Assembly: GCA_017528045.1 (NCBI GenBank)
Contig: JAFXPG010000002.1
Span: 1,516-65,515, forward strand
Source of the DNA: Alphaproteobacteria bacterium
GTDB taxonomy: Bacteria; Pseudomonadota; Alphaproteobacteria; Rs-D84
Direction of reading: 5' to 3'
DNA length: 64,000 nucleotides
This document shows, piece after piece, positions 31,225 to 41,792 of the stretch (its first letter is position 1; each line of letters begins with the position of its first letter). The translations under genes were made by a program, and so were the position numbers. Below the pieces are notes generated by a model that made no database searches, was not told the origin of the DNA, and was given only the letters and a program-made list of their open reading frames with translations.

Positions 31225-31713
31225 TTATCGTATGTTTAATAATAATTCATTTGTAAAAGGATGGAAAAATTCACCTTTTTTATATATTTCTTGTAATTGT
31301 TGGCGTGAAACCCATTTTGTTTGTTCTACTTCTTCTGTTTGTTTTATTATTTTTATTTGTTTATCAACATATGCTACAAATACATTGATAAAGACATTTT
31401 TATAAACATAAGATTTTAAAAATTTTAATTTTTCAGCTGTTAATTTTATGCCCAATTCTTCGTATATTTCACGTAAGATGCATTGTGTTTTGTCTTCACC
31501 AGCCAAAGCAGATCCACCAGTGTTAGACCATTTTCCAGGGGCTTGTTTTTTTGAGAAAGAACGTTGTTGAATTAAAAAATTATCTTGTCCGTCAGTAATA
31601 AAAGCAGAAGCCCCCATGTGAAATTCACCTTCTTGTAACCAATCTTTATCACGTTGAACGATTTTGCCAGTTTTGTTTCCATTGATATCATAAACGTCCC
31701 AAAATTCTGCCAT
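31225..31713 (-). CDS. NUDIX hydrolase
   Basis: Nudix box GGSALAGEDKTQCILREIYEELGI is present. Confidence 0.8.
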   Translation of the reverse strand: MAEFWDVYDINGNKTGKIVQRDKDWLQEGEFHMGASAFITDGQDNFLIQQRSFSKKQAPGKWSNTGGSALAGEDKTQCILREIYEELGIKLTAEKLKFLKSYVYKNVFINVFVAYVDKQIKIIKQTEEVEQTKWVSRQQLQEIYKKGEFFHPFTNELLLNIR

Positions 31714-31788
31714 GATAAATCCTTTTTATTTGTAAATTTTGCTGATGTGATATTATACGAATAATATTTTATTTTTCAAATATTAATA

Positions 31789-31816
31789 TTGACAAAACAT
31801 AAATAAGTGGTATTTT
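31789..31816 (+). promoter_or_regulatory. Sigma70-like promoter: -35 TTGACA, 16-nt spacer, extended -10 TGGTATTTT
   Basis: A perfect -35 hexamer and a TGn-extended -10, about 30 nt upstream of the 31844 start. Confidence 0.45.
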
Positions 31817-31843
31817 GTTCTGGCTAAAAAAAGGAATAAAATC

Positions 31844-32659
31844 ATGGCAGAATATCCAATGAATATAACAGTTATTTGCAGTATTTGTCTAGAAGGTGGT
31901 TTAATAAGATACAAAAATATTTTGTCTGATTTTTCAAAAGATGATTTAGATTTTATTCACGAATGGAATCGTTCTTTAAAAAGGACAATTAATCAGCCTG
32001 AATTCAAACAATATATGGATTCTAAATACAGAATAATGTTAAATTTGCCTGCTACAACTTTGTCTCGTATTTTAGATAAAGTTGCTGTTCCTTATCGCAG
32101 TTATCATTATGCAAAAAGATTTTTAGATTCTTATAATTTTGTTTCCAGAAAAGCAAGAGACCAAGGTCTTGTAAATGTTGTCGATTTTGGAAGGGGTTTA
32201 TCGCCTTGGGGACATATTGTAAAAAATGCTAATCCAAATGTAGAAATGTTTACTTTTGATAAACCGGAAACCAATGTAGTTTTTCAAAGTGTTTCTGAAA
32301 AAATGAATTTAGCAGTGCCACATTTTAATGAAGATCCAAAAAATATTGTTTTTGATCGTGATATATTTGTTTCTTTGGGAACATTGACTTATTTGAAAAA
32401 AGAAGATCAATTTGCAAAGATACAATATGCTTCTAAAAATTTTAGAAATCTGTTTATAGAATTTGACAAGTTAAATTCTGGTGTGCCAGATGGTAATATT
32501 GTTAAAAATATGGGTGCAGCATACGGTTCAGGTTTTTCTTATAACGATATAATAAATGCTGTGGGTAAAGATTTATATTTTTCTATCAAAGAACTTAAAA
32601 ATAACAGGGTATTAATTCCTGCTGTGAAAGATGCGGTAGAAATGTTTTTAGTACGATAA
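31844..32659 (+). CDS. Hypothetical protein, possibly a class I SAM-dependent methyltransferase-like fold
   Basis: 271-aa ORF. VVDFGRGLSPWG resembles motif I (hhDhGxGxG) of Rossmann methyltransferases. This is weak evidence. Confidence 0.45.
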   Translation: MAEYPMNITVICSICLEGGLIRYKNILSDFSKDDLDFIHEWNRSLKRTINQPEFKQYMDSKYRIMLNLPATTLSRILDKVAVPYRSYHYAKRFLDSYNFVSRKARDQGLVNVVDFGRGLSPWGHIVKNANPNVEMFTFDKPETNVVFQSVSEKMNLAVPHFNEDPKNIVFDRDIFVSLGTLTYLKKEDQFAKIQYASKNFRNLFIEFDKLNSGVPDGNIVKNMGAAYGSGFSYNDIINAVGKDLYFSIKELKNNRVLIPAVKDAVEMFLVR

Positions 32660-32662
32660 TTT

Positions 32663-33202
32663 TTATTTACGTATAGAAAATTCACATCCACAATATTTTT
32701 GACGATAAAAATCAGATTCATGATTTATTTGTGAACGTAGATTTTCATTCCATTTTATTGGTAAATATATTATTTCACCACAAGATTCTTTTGCAGATAT
32801 ATCTACTTGATTTTGATCTTTGTGACGAGATACCCCAAACACAGAAGCAATGGCATTAAATCCATGTTCTTTGGCATATTTTGCGGCGTAACAAAAACGA
32901 TAAGCAAAACATTTACTGCATCTTGCACCGCGTTCTGGTTCCGATTCAAGACCTTTTACTTGTTCGCGCCAATCATCGTGGTTATAATCACCAATCACGT
33001 ATTTAACACCCAATTTTTCACAATATTTTATTTGTTCAGATAGACGTTTTTGATATTCAGTTTCTGGAAAAATGTTTGGGTTAAAAAACATAACGATAAA
33101 ATCTTCAATGTTGGCAATTTCACCATCTTTTAATTGTTTTATTGCACCACATGAACATGGTGCACAACAAGACATTAAAATTAAACGTTTTTGTTCTGAC
33201 AT
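32663..33202 (-). CDS. queH: Epoxyqueuosine reductase QueH (DUF208)
   Basis: N-terminal LILMSCCAPCS motif and a conserved C-terminal CGC motif are typical of QueH. Confidence 0.8.
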   Translation of the reverse strand: MSEQKRLILMSCCAPCSCGAIKQLKDGEIANIEDFIVMFFNPNIFPETEYQKRLSEQIKYCEKLGVKYVIGDYNHDDWREQVKGLESEPERGARCSKCFAYRFCYAAKYAKEHGFNAIASVFGVSRHKDQNQVDISAKESCGEIIYLPIKWNENLRSQINHESDFYRQKYCGCEFSIRK

Positions 33203-33203
33203 T

Positions 33204-33485
33204 TTATCTGGTATATCTTTGTATTATATCTTCAATTGCTTTTTTACATTTTCTTTGTTTTAAAACAAAATATTGATTTCCAAAATGAGTAATGGCTTTA
33301 TTTACAGATTTAATATCTTTGCTCATATCTATTTCATTTTCAACCGGGCATCTTAAAACACCGTCGATATGTTTTCTGCAATAAGGTCTGTTAATACAAT
33401 CGTTGCATTTAAATCTGTACATTGTTTGCAATGTTTGTGTATCATATATATAAATAACTTTAAAACCTGTTGCTTTTTCAGACAT
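33204..33485 (-). CDS. Small Cys4 (putative zinc-ribbon) protein, translationally coupled between metG and queH
   Basis: ORF with motif CNDCINRPYC...(9)...C. Its stop lies 1 nt before the queH start, and its start overlaps the metG 3' end by about 8 nt. Confidence 0.4.
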   Translation of the reverse strand: MSEKATGFKVIYIYDTQTLQTMYRFKCNDCINRPYCRKHIDGVLRCPVENEIDMSKDIKSVNKAITHFGNQYFVLKQRKCKKAIEDIIQRYTR

Positions 33486-35460
33486 TAAATATTTCCCCAA
33501 GTTTAGATTCTTCTGTTATTTCATATAATCCAGAATCATCATCAGATATGTTTAATTCAGCACCGCTGCATAACATACCGTCACTTATGATACCTGCAAC
33601 GTTACGTGGTTTTATAGGTTTTCCTGTTTTAGGTATAACTGCGCCAATTGGTGCGAATACAGCCAACATATTTTCTCTAACATTTTGTGCGCCACAAACC
33701 ACCGAATAATCTTTTGAACCATCGTTTATTGTTAAAATATGTAAATCTTCACGTGAAGGATGATTTTTTATATCGATGATTTTTACAATTGTTAATTGTG
33801 GGCCTTCTTTTTTATTACAATATTTGTTTGTTAAAAATTCAACTTTTTCATCATCAATTTTTTCAAACAAATTTTCTGGAATTATAAATTCAGTACCTTC
33901 TTTTATACGTGGTTCAAATTCTGTTGGCCAAGATAAATCTTGTTTGTTTGCAAAAATATTTTGAATTTTTTCAGATGTGTTTGGAATAAATGGAGCAGAA
34001 ATACGAGCATAAAAATCAATTAATTGAAAACAATTATTTAATACATATTGTGCAGAATCTAAATCACCATTTTTAACCAATGCCCATGGTTCTTTTTCTG
34101 TCATATATTCATTTCCAATTGACCAAATAGAACGTAAAGCAAATATGGCAGAACGAAATTCGCAAGCATCAATAGCATTTGTTAATTCATTTAATTTTTC
34201 ATCAATTTTTGATTTTAATTCGCTATCAAAACCATTGGATTTTGGAACAATATTACCAAAATTTTTAGCAGATAATTTACAAACGCGTGATACAAAATTA
34301 CCCAAAATACCGTTTAAATCTTTGTTAACAATATCTGCAAAACGGTCGATTTTAAAATAATAATCGTCTGTTTCTGGGGCAGAAGCCATCAACGCATAAC
34401 GCCAAGTATCACTTGGTGCGATAGTTACAGCTTCATCCAAGAATATACCGTTGTGTTCTGATTTTGAAAATTTGCCATCTTCAAAATTCAAGAAATTCAT
34501 AGATTTCAACATATCAACGGTTTTCCAATTATCATTCATAGCCAATTCTTGTTCCGGGAAAAACACAGAATGGAATTTAACGTTATCTTTTGCCATAAAT
34601 TGAGCATAATAACAATCAGGGTTTTTCCACCAGCTTTGCCAATCTTTGTTTGCTGCTTGGGATATAGAAACATAACCCCATGGTGCATCAAACCAAACAT
34701 AGAAAACTTTGTTTTCATATCCGGGTTTATTTACAGGTATTCCCCATGGTAAATCACGAGTGATACATGTATCTCTTAACCCTTCGTTTGCCCAACCACG
34801 TGCAATAGCAGATGCCGTCTTTGACCATTTTGGTGCATGTTCGTTTAACCATTTTTTCCAGGTATCTTCCATTTTAGAAGCCAAGAAAAATAAATTTTTT
34901 GTTGGGCGATTTTCAATGTTTGAAGAACCTGAAATGTTAGATTTTGGGTTTATTAATTCTGTTGCTTCATATGTAGAACAACATCTGTCACATTGATCAC
35001 CGCGTGCTTTTTCATATCCGCATTTTGGACATGTTCCAACAAGTTGACGGTCGGCTAAAAACATATTGTCATCAATAGAAAAAGGTTGAACTGTTTCGCG
35101 TTCTTCGATTAAACCTTGTTCTTGTAAACGATTAAACAGATTATGAATTAATTCTTCTTGTAATTTTGTATGTGTGCGACCGTATAAATCAAAAGATAAA
35201 TTAAAATCAGACACAGCACGCAAATGTTTTTCATAATATTTATCATTATATTCTTTAACAGGCATATTTTCTTTCATTGCACCAACCAGTGCAGTTGTTC
35301 CGTGTTCGTCTGCACCGCAAACAAACAAAACATCACGACCTTTTGCACGACAAAATCTGGCATAAACATCACTGGGTAACCAACAACCAACCAGGTGTCC
35401 CAAATGTAATTCTCCGTTTACGTATGGTAATGCAGATGTAATAAGATATTTTTTTGCCAT
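33478..35460 (-). CDS. metG: Methionine--tRNA ligase
   Basis: HIGH motif ALPYVNGELHLGH, a zinc knuckle CPKCG...CDRC and a KMSKS motif KFSKS are present. There is a C-terminal tRNA-binding domain. Confidence 0.9.
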   Translation of the reverse strand: MAKKYLITSALPYVNGELHLGHLVGCWLPSDVYARFCRAKGRDVLFVCGADEHGTTALVGAMKENMPVKEYNDKYYEKHLRAVSDFNLSFDLYGRTHTKLQEELIHNLFNRLQEQGLIEERETVQPFSIDDNMFLADRQLVGTCPKCGYEKARGDQCDRCCSTYEATELINPKSNISGSSNIENRPTKNLFFLASKMEDTWKKWLNEHAPKWSKTASAIARGWANEGLRDTCITRDLPWGIPVNKPGYENKVFYVWFDAPWGYVSISQAANKDWQSWWKNPDCYYAQFMAKDNVKFHSVFFPEQELAMNDNWKTVDMLKSMNFLNFEDGKFSKSEHNGIFLDEAVTIAPSDTWRYALMASAPETDDYYFKIDRFADIVNKDLNGILGNFVSRVCKLSAKNFGNIVPKSNGFDSELKSKIDEKLNELTNAIDACEFRSAIFALRSIWSIGNEYMTEKEPWALVKNGDLDSAQYVLNNCFQLIDFYARISAPFIPNTSEKIQNIFANKQDLSWPTEFEPRIKEGTEFIIPENLFEKIDDEKVEFLTNKYCNKKEGPQLTIVKIIDIKNHPSREDLHILTINDGSKDYSVVCGAQNVRENMLAVFAPIGAVIPKTGKPIKPRNVAGIISDGMLCSGAELNISDDDSGLYEITEESKLGEIFNV

Positions 35461-35561
35461 TTTTTTATTCCTTTTTATAAATAAACGCCCGAAACGGGCG
35501 CATAAATTGTTCCCGCAATGTTTTGATAAAGATTATTTATACATTCGCATTTTTTATTCTG

Positions 35562-35638
35562 TGGTGGGTGGTATTGGGCTCGAACCAACGACCTCCACGA
35601 TGTCAACGTGACGCTCTAGCCAACTGAGCTAACCACCC
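35562..35638 (-). tRNA. tRNA-Val (anticodon GAC)
   Basis: Minus-strand cloverleaf GGGTGGTTAGCTCAGTTGGCTAGAGC...TTGACAT...GGTTCGAGCCC...CCACCCACCA. Confidence 0.8.
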
Positions 35639-35767
35639 AAAAACTTTGTATATCAGGCGTATAATAACATAATAAAAGTGTTTGTAAATATAAAAATTAC
35701 TTTTTTAAAACTTGCTTTTATATTTTGTGTATAGCAAAATCAAAACACAGGAACGAAAGGATATTCT

Positions 35768-36862
35768 ATGAAAAAATTTGCCATACTTACATCTTTGTTA
35801 GCTTTAACTGCATGCGGTGGTGGCTCACATCATCCCAGCGAACGTGTCAGAGTTAGTGAACAACCAACATATGAACCACTTTATCTTTTAACAAACGAAG
35901 ATTCAAGATTAAGCAATTCTAAAGTTACGGGCATGGTTTCAGAAATAGCTGTTTGTGAAAATTGTGATTCTCCAAGACCAGATACAGGACGTAAATCAAC
36001 TGGTATAGAACATAATAATAAAACTTTTACTGTTTATAACTTAGAAGATGTTGATTTTGTAATGGCTGATGAAGGGTTTGGTGGAGAAATGAAGTTTGGT
36101 ATAAATGAAAATACTGGTGAAATAGAGTCTTTTTATCTTTTGCCCGATGAAGATGATCCAGAAGATGAAGGTATGTCTTTTGAACGCGCAGAATATAATC
36201 CAAACGAAAAGGAGACAGCATACCAATTTACTGGTAAAGTGAACCACGAAGGACATCAAGATGCTGTATTAACTTATAATTCTTTGGGTAAAGAAGATGG
36301 TGGAATAGGTTTAAAATATTCCGATTTTGGTAGTTTTGATATTAGTGTTATAAATGGTTGGCGAACAGCTTTTATTGGTGGATATGATGATGTAAAAAAA
36401 ATAGATGTAAAAAATATAGAAGAAGATATTGATTTTGAAGGTAAAGCTACAGGGTCTGTTGTAGCGGTTCTTGGTGGTGAAGGATCTGGAACTGCTATAC
36501 CTCTTGATTCAGATGCAAGCTTGAAATTTGATAAAAAAACAGACAAAACAACGATGACAGCAAGTTTTTCAAACTGGTATGATGTAGAATATACAAAAAT
36601 AGGTGACAGTGAAGGTAATGTAAAATTTACAAATGGAAAGAAACCAGATTATTATTTGATTGGAGACACGACAGGTGAAGGAAAAACCGTCAGTGTTACA
36701 GGTGAAGATTTGCGTTATTTTGGGGATAATAATAAACCTATTGAAGCAGTTGGTCTTGTTCAGGTTCGTGATTGTGGTGGCGAAGAATGTACAAATGATT
36801 ATGATAACCAACAAGAAGTTCGTATGAATTTAAGTTTTGGTGTAAAAATGCCAGAAAAATAA
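35768..36862 (+). CDS. Lipoprotein (lipobox LALTAC), Gly/Asp/Glu-rich beta-type; putative surface lipoprotein
   Basis: Signal peptide plus lipobox MKKFAILTSLLALTAC|GGG. Acidic, glycine-rich, no TM segments. Confidence 0.65.
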   Translation: MKKFAILTSLLALTACGGGSHHPSERVRVSEQPTYEPLYLLTNEDSRLSNSKVTGMVSEIAVCENCDSPRPDTGRKSTGIEHNNKTFTVYNLEDVDFVMADEGFGGEMKFGINENTGEIESFYLLPDEDDPEDEGMSFERAEYNPNEKETAYQFTGKVNHEGHQDAVLTYNSLGKEDGGIGLKYSDFGSFDISVINGWRTAFIGGYDDVKKIDVKNIEEDIDFEGKATGSVVAVLGGEGSGTAIPLDSDASLKFDKKTDKTTMTASFSNWYDVEYTKIGDSEGNVKFTNGKKPDYYLIGDTTGEGKTVSVTGEDLRYFGDNNKPIEAVGLVQVRDCGGEECTNDYDNQQEVRMNLSFGVKMPEK

Positions 36863-36875
36863 TTTATATAAAAAG

Positions 36876-36910
36876 ATAAAAAACACCGGCAAATGCCGGT
36901 GTTTTTTTTT
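36876..36910. terminator. Palindromic terminator element copy (AAAAAACACCGGCAAATGCCGGTGTTTTTTTTT)
   Basis: Repeat family member between the convergent lipoprotein gene and mreB. Confidence 0.7.
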
Positions 36911-36925
36911 ATTATAAAATATTTA

Positions 36926-37978
<1,053 letters not shown>

Positions 37979-38095
37979 TTATCCTTAAGGCTCAATTGTC
38001 TGCATTATAAAACAGGTGTTTAAAAAATCAAGTCCAGATGAAACTATTTTTGCTTTTTTATTTGCTTTTTCTTATATTCTGGTAATATTAGCGTT

Positions 38096-38446
38096 ATGAA
38101 ACATAAAACAATTCGTAATCATAAAGATTTTATCGCAGACCGAAATGATATTCATGTCGGGTCTGATTGTTTTTCTGTTAAAATAAAAAAACAAAGCGTC
38201 CCAGGTGAAACCAGATATGGTTTGGTCGTTTCTAAGAAAATTTTTAATACAGCTGTTAAACGTAATTTGGCAAAACGTAAAATTCGTGATTGGATTCATT
38301 ATAATGAAGAATTTATGAATTTAAATATGGATTATATATTCTTTGTAAATGAAAAAATCTTAGATTATTCACGTGATTTGGGTTATAAAGATATGCGTAA
38401 AGCAATGGAAAAAATTACAAAAATTTATAATGATACACATGAATAA
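38096..38446 (+). CDS. rnpA: Ribonuclease P protein component
   Basis: Basic protein of about 116 aa. The ...FSVKIKKQSVPGETRYGLVVSKKIFNTAVKRNLAKRKIRD region is the RnpA signature. Confidence 0.8.
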   Translation: MKHKTIRNHKDFIADRNDIHVGSDCFSVKIKKQSVPGETRYGLVVSKKIFNTAVKRNLAKRKIRDWIHYNEEFMNLNMDYIFFVNEKILDYSRDLGYKDMRKAMEKITKIYNDTHE

Positions 38447-38669
38447 TAATTTTTTTGTTTTTATTGGCTGTAAATTAATCGATATTTATCAAATTTGTAT
38501 TTCACCTTTTACGGGTGGTAAATGTGCATGTAGATTTACACCAACATGCAGCGAATATACAAAACAATCTATTCAAAAATATGGTTTTATACGTGGTGTT
38601 TTTTTGGGAATAAAAAGAATATCCAAATGTCATCCTGGTGGGGAATATGGATATGATCCTGTTCCTTGA
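38439..38669 (+). CDS. yidD: Membrane protein insertion efficiency factor YidD
   Basis: LIDIYQICISPFTGGKCACRFTPTCSEYTKQSIQKYG...IKRISKCHPGGEYGYDPVP is the canonical YidD. It overlaps the rnpA stop by 8 nt. Confidence 0.85.
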   Translation: MNNNFFVFIGCKLIDIYQICISPFTGGKCACRFTPTCSEYTKQSIQKYGFIRGVFLGIKRISKCHPGGEYGYDPVP

Positions 38670-38729
38670 CTTAAAATTTCAATGTGGTAGAATTCATACG
38701 ATATATAATTATAAAAAGGATTTATTATT

Positions 38730-39164
38730 ATGACATCTTTTCGTTCAACAGTTGAAAATATGTCCAAGTTAATGGATGAAATGGGCATTACAGAATTGGA
38801 TCTGGAACGTCAACTGTTATTGGGTTTATATCGTAAACATATTCATTTGTCTAAACAACAAACTGTCGCTGCTGCGCCTGTCGCGTTTGCACAAACTGCT
38901 GTTAAATCTGGTGATGGTGCAAAATTATCCGGGCATGTGTTAAAATCACCTATGGTTGGGGTTGCTTATTTATCCCCAGAACCAGGTGCAAAACATTTTG
39001 TAAAAGTTGGTGATACTGTTCATGCAGGTGATACTATTGCGCTGGTTGAAGCAATGAAAACTTTTAACCCAATAAAAACAGATATTGATGGTGTGGTTAA
39101 AGAAATTTTGGTTAACGATGGTGTTGCTGTTGAATTTGATACACCTATCGCTGTAATAGAATAG
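38730..39164 (+). CDS. accB: Biotin carboxyl carrier protein of acetyl-CoA carboxylase
   Basis: Biotinylation motif EAMKTFN in a C-terminal lipoyl-like domain. Confidence 0.85.
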   Translation: MTSFRSTVENMSKLMDEMGITELDLERQLLLGLYRKHIHLSKQQTVAAAPVAFAQTAVKSGDGAKLSGHVLKSPMVGVAYLSPEPGAKHFVKVGDTVHAGDTIALVEAMKTFNPIKTDIDGVVKEILVNDGVAVEFDTPIAVIE

Positions 39165-39171
39165 GTTTAAT

Positions 39172-40545
39172 ATGCCACAAATAAAGAAAATTTTAATCGC
39201 TAATCGTGGTGAAATTGCTTTACGTATTATTCGTGCGTGTCGTGATATGGGAATAAGAACGGTTGCTGTTTATTCTACCGCGGACAAAGATGCAATGCAT
39301 GTTAAATTGGCAGATGAATCTGTATGTATTGGTCCTGCACAAAGTGCTGAATCTTATTTAAATGAATCCGCAATTTTAACGGCTGCTTTGTTAACGAATG
39401 CTGATGCTATTCATCCGGGATATGGTTTTTTATCTGAACGTGCTGATTTTGTTGAAAAAGTAGAACAACACGGATTAATTTGGATTGGACCAAGTGCTGC
39501 TATGATTCGCAAAATGGGTGATAAAGTTAACGCTAAACAGACTGCTGTAAAATGCGGATTACCGGTGGTCCCAGGCAGCGAAGGTTCTGTTAAAGATATA
39601 GAAGATGCTGTTATTTGGGCTGATAAAATTGGTTATCCTGTGATGATTAAAGCTGCTGCTGGTGGTGGCGGTCGTGGTATGCGTGCAATTCATGATGTTA
39701 ATGAATTACGCGAATTTTTCCCAATAGTTAAAGCAGAATCTAAATCTGCTTTTGGTGATGATACTTTATACATGGAAAAATTATTGTTACATCCACGTCA
39801 TATTGAATTCCAAGTTTTAGGTGATAATCACGGAAATGTTGTTATTTTCGGTGAACGCGATTGTTCTTTGCAAAGAAAAAACCAAAAAGTTATGGAAGAA
39901 TGTCCGGCTGCAATATTAACACAAAAGCAACGTGATGATATGATTGAAATTTGCAAAACTGCGGCCAAGAAAATGAAATATACAAATGCCGGAACTTTTG
40001 AATTTATGTTTGAAGACGGTAAATTTTATTTCTTGGAAATGAATACACGTTTGCAAGTGGAACATCCTGTGACTGAAATGGTTTACGGTATTGATTTAGT
40101 TCGTGAACAGATTCGTATTGCTGCTGGTGAAAAGTTGGGTTATACACAATCAAGTTTAATCGCACATGGACATGCAATAGAATTTCGTATAAATGCAGAA
40201 GACCCTGAAACTTTCATTCCAAATCCTGGAAAAATAACTTTATATGCACCTTCGGGTGGTTTGGGTGTTCGTGTTGATTCTGCAGTCTACACAGGTTATA
40301 CTATTCCGTCAACATATGATTCTATGATTGCAAAATTGATTGTTCATGCGCAATCAAGACCTGCATGTATTATGCGTGCACAGCGTGCATTGGATGAATT
40401 TGTTATCGAAGGAATCAAAACAACAATTCCATTACAAAAAAGATTGTTAGAAAATTCAGATGTTCGTCAATTAAAAACAGATAACCATTGGTTAGAACAT
40501 TATTTGGCTGAACAAAAAACTGAAGAAAAACAAGAATCAGAATAA
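39172..40545 (+). CDS. accC: Biotin carboxylase
   Basis: MPQIKKILIANRGEIALRIIRAC and an ATP-grasp domain are present, following accB. Confidence 0.9.
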   Translation: MPQIKKILIANRGEIALRIIRACRDMGIRTVAVYSTADKDAMHVKLADESVCIGPAQSAESYLNESAILTAALLTNADAIHPGYGFLSERADFVEKVEQHGLIWIGPSAAMIRKMGDKVNAKQTAVKCGLPVVPGSEGSVKDIEDAVIWADKIGYPVMIKAAAGGGGRGMRAIHDVNELREFFPIVKAESKSAFGDDTLYMEKLLLHPRHIEFQVLGDNHGNVVIFGERDCSLQRKNQKVMEECPAAILTQKQRDDMIEICKTAAKKMKYTNAGTFEFMFEDGKFYFLEMNTRLQVEHPVTEMVYGIDLVREQIRIAAGEKLGYTQSSLIAHGHAIEFRINAEDPETFIPNPGKITLYAPSGGLGVRVDSAVYTGYTIPSTYDSMIAKLIVHAQSRPACIMRAQRALDEFVIEGIKTTIPLQKRLLENSDVRQLKTDNHWLEHYLAEQKTEEKQESE

Positions 40546-40577
40546 TAAAAAAATACCGGCAAATGCCGGTATTTTTA
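40546..40577. terminator. Palindromic terminator element copy (AAAAAAATACCGGCAAATGCCGGTATTTTTA)
   Basis: Repeat family member spanning the convergent stops of accC and the permease gene. Confidence 0.7.
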
Positions 40578-41792
40578 TTCATATCTTAAACTATCTATTG
40601 GGTTTAATTTGGCTGCTTTGATTGCGGGCATTACACCAGATGCCAGACCAACAATAATTGCAACAGATACTGATAATATTACCGGCCAGATTGAAAAAGG
40701 TACAACGTAATGTAATATTAAACGCCCGACACCTTGGGATAAGCCAACCCCTAAAATTAAACCAATCATGGAACCTATGAAAGATATCATTACAGATTCA
40801 GATAAAAATTGAATAATTATTACATTTTCTCGTGCACCAACGGCTTTGCGGACACCTATTTCACGTGTGCGTTCAACGACTGATACTAACATCATATTCA
40901 TTATTCCAATAGAACCAACCAGTAAGGATACAGCCGCAATAGCAATTAGTAATAATTTTAAATAGCCAGTTACTGTGTCCATTGTTTCCATTATTTGTTT
41001 CATATCTGTTATTTGAAAATCATCTTCGTCGTCTGGTTTTAATCTGTGTCTTTGTCGTAATAAAGATGTGATTTGTTCAATAACCATATTGTTATCGGCA
41101 TCTTGGAATATTTTTAATGCAATCATTGTAACAGCATCAGGAAACTTAGAACCTTGTAACCGTTTTTTTAATGTTGTAATTGGTATTATTATCATATCGT
41201 CTTGTGAACCAAATGCAGAATCTCCACGAGCCTTCATAACCCCCAATACGACAAAAGGCATATGATGTATTCTGATAATTTCACCAACAGGGTTTTCTGG
41301 CAATCCTAATTCAACAGCTGTTTCTGGTCCAATAACTGCGTATGTTGATGCATTTTTTACAGCATTCATATCAAAAAATGTTCCATGTTCCATTTCTATA
41401 TCTTGAATAGCTGTATAATCAGGATATGTTCCCAATAACATAGTGGACCAATTTTTATTTCCATATATAACCTGGGCTGATGAATTTTGTGCCGGTGTAA
41501 TAGATGCAACATCTGGCAATCTTTTTATTTGTTCTGCATCTGTTATTGTTAAAGTTTGTCTGTTACCAACACGAACACCACGATTACGAGCTGCTCCTGC
41601 ACGAACAACAATTGTGTTTGTTCCAAGTGATGAAAATTGATCTGTAATAGATTTTTGAACCGTTTCACCAACTGCTACCATTATAACAACTGCCATTACA
41701 CCAATAATAATTCCCAGTACAGTCAAAAAAGAACGTAATTTATTTCCGCTGATAGATAACCAAGATTCTTTCATAATATCTGAAATAGTCAT
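40575..41792 (-). CDS. ABC transporter permease, FtsX/MacB family
   Basis: N-terminal TM segment, a large periplasmic domain and a C-terminal 3-TM FtsX-like domain. Confidence 0.75.
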   Translation of the reverse strand: MTISDIMKESWLSISGNKLRSFLTVLGIIIGVMAVVIMVAVGETVQKSITDQFSSLGTNTIVVRAGAARNRGVRVGNRQTLTITDAEQIKRLPDVASITPAQNSSAQVIYGNKNWSTMLLGTYPDYTAIQDIEMEHGTFFDMNAVKNASTYAVIGPETAVELGLPENPVGEIIRIHHMPFVVLGVMKARGDSAFGSQDDMIIIPITTLKKRLQGSKFPDAVTMIALKIFQDADNNMVIEQITSLLRQRHRLKPDDEDDFQITDMKQIMETMDTVTGYLKLLLIAIAAVSLLVGSIGIMNMMLVSVVERTREIGVRKAVGARENVIIIQFLSESVMISFIGSMIGLILGVGLSQGVGRLILHYVVPFSIWPVILSVSVAIIVGLASGVMPAIKAAKLNPIDSLRYE

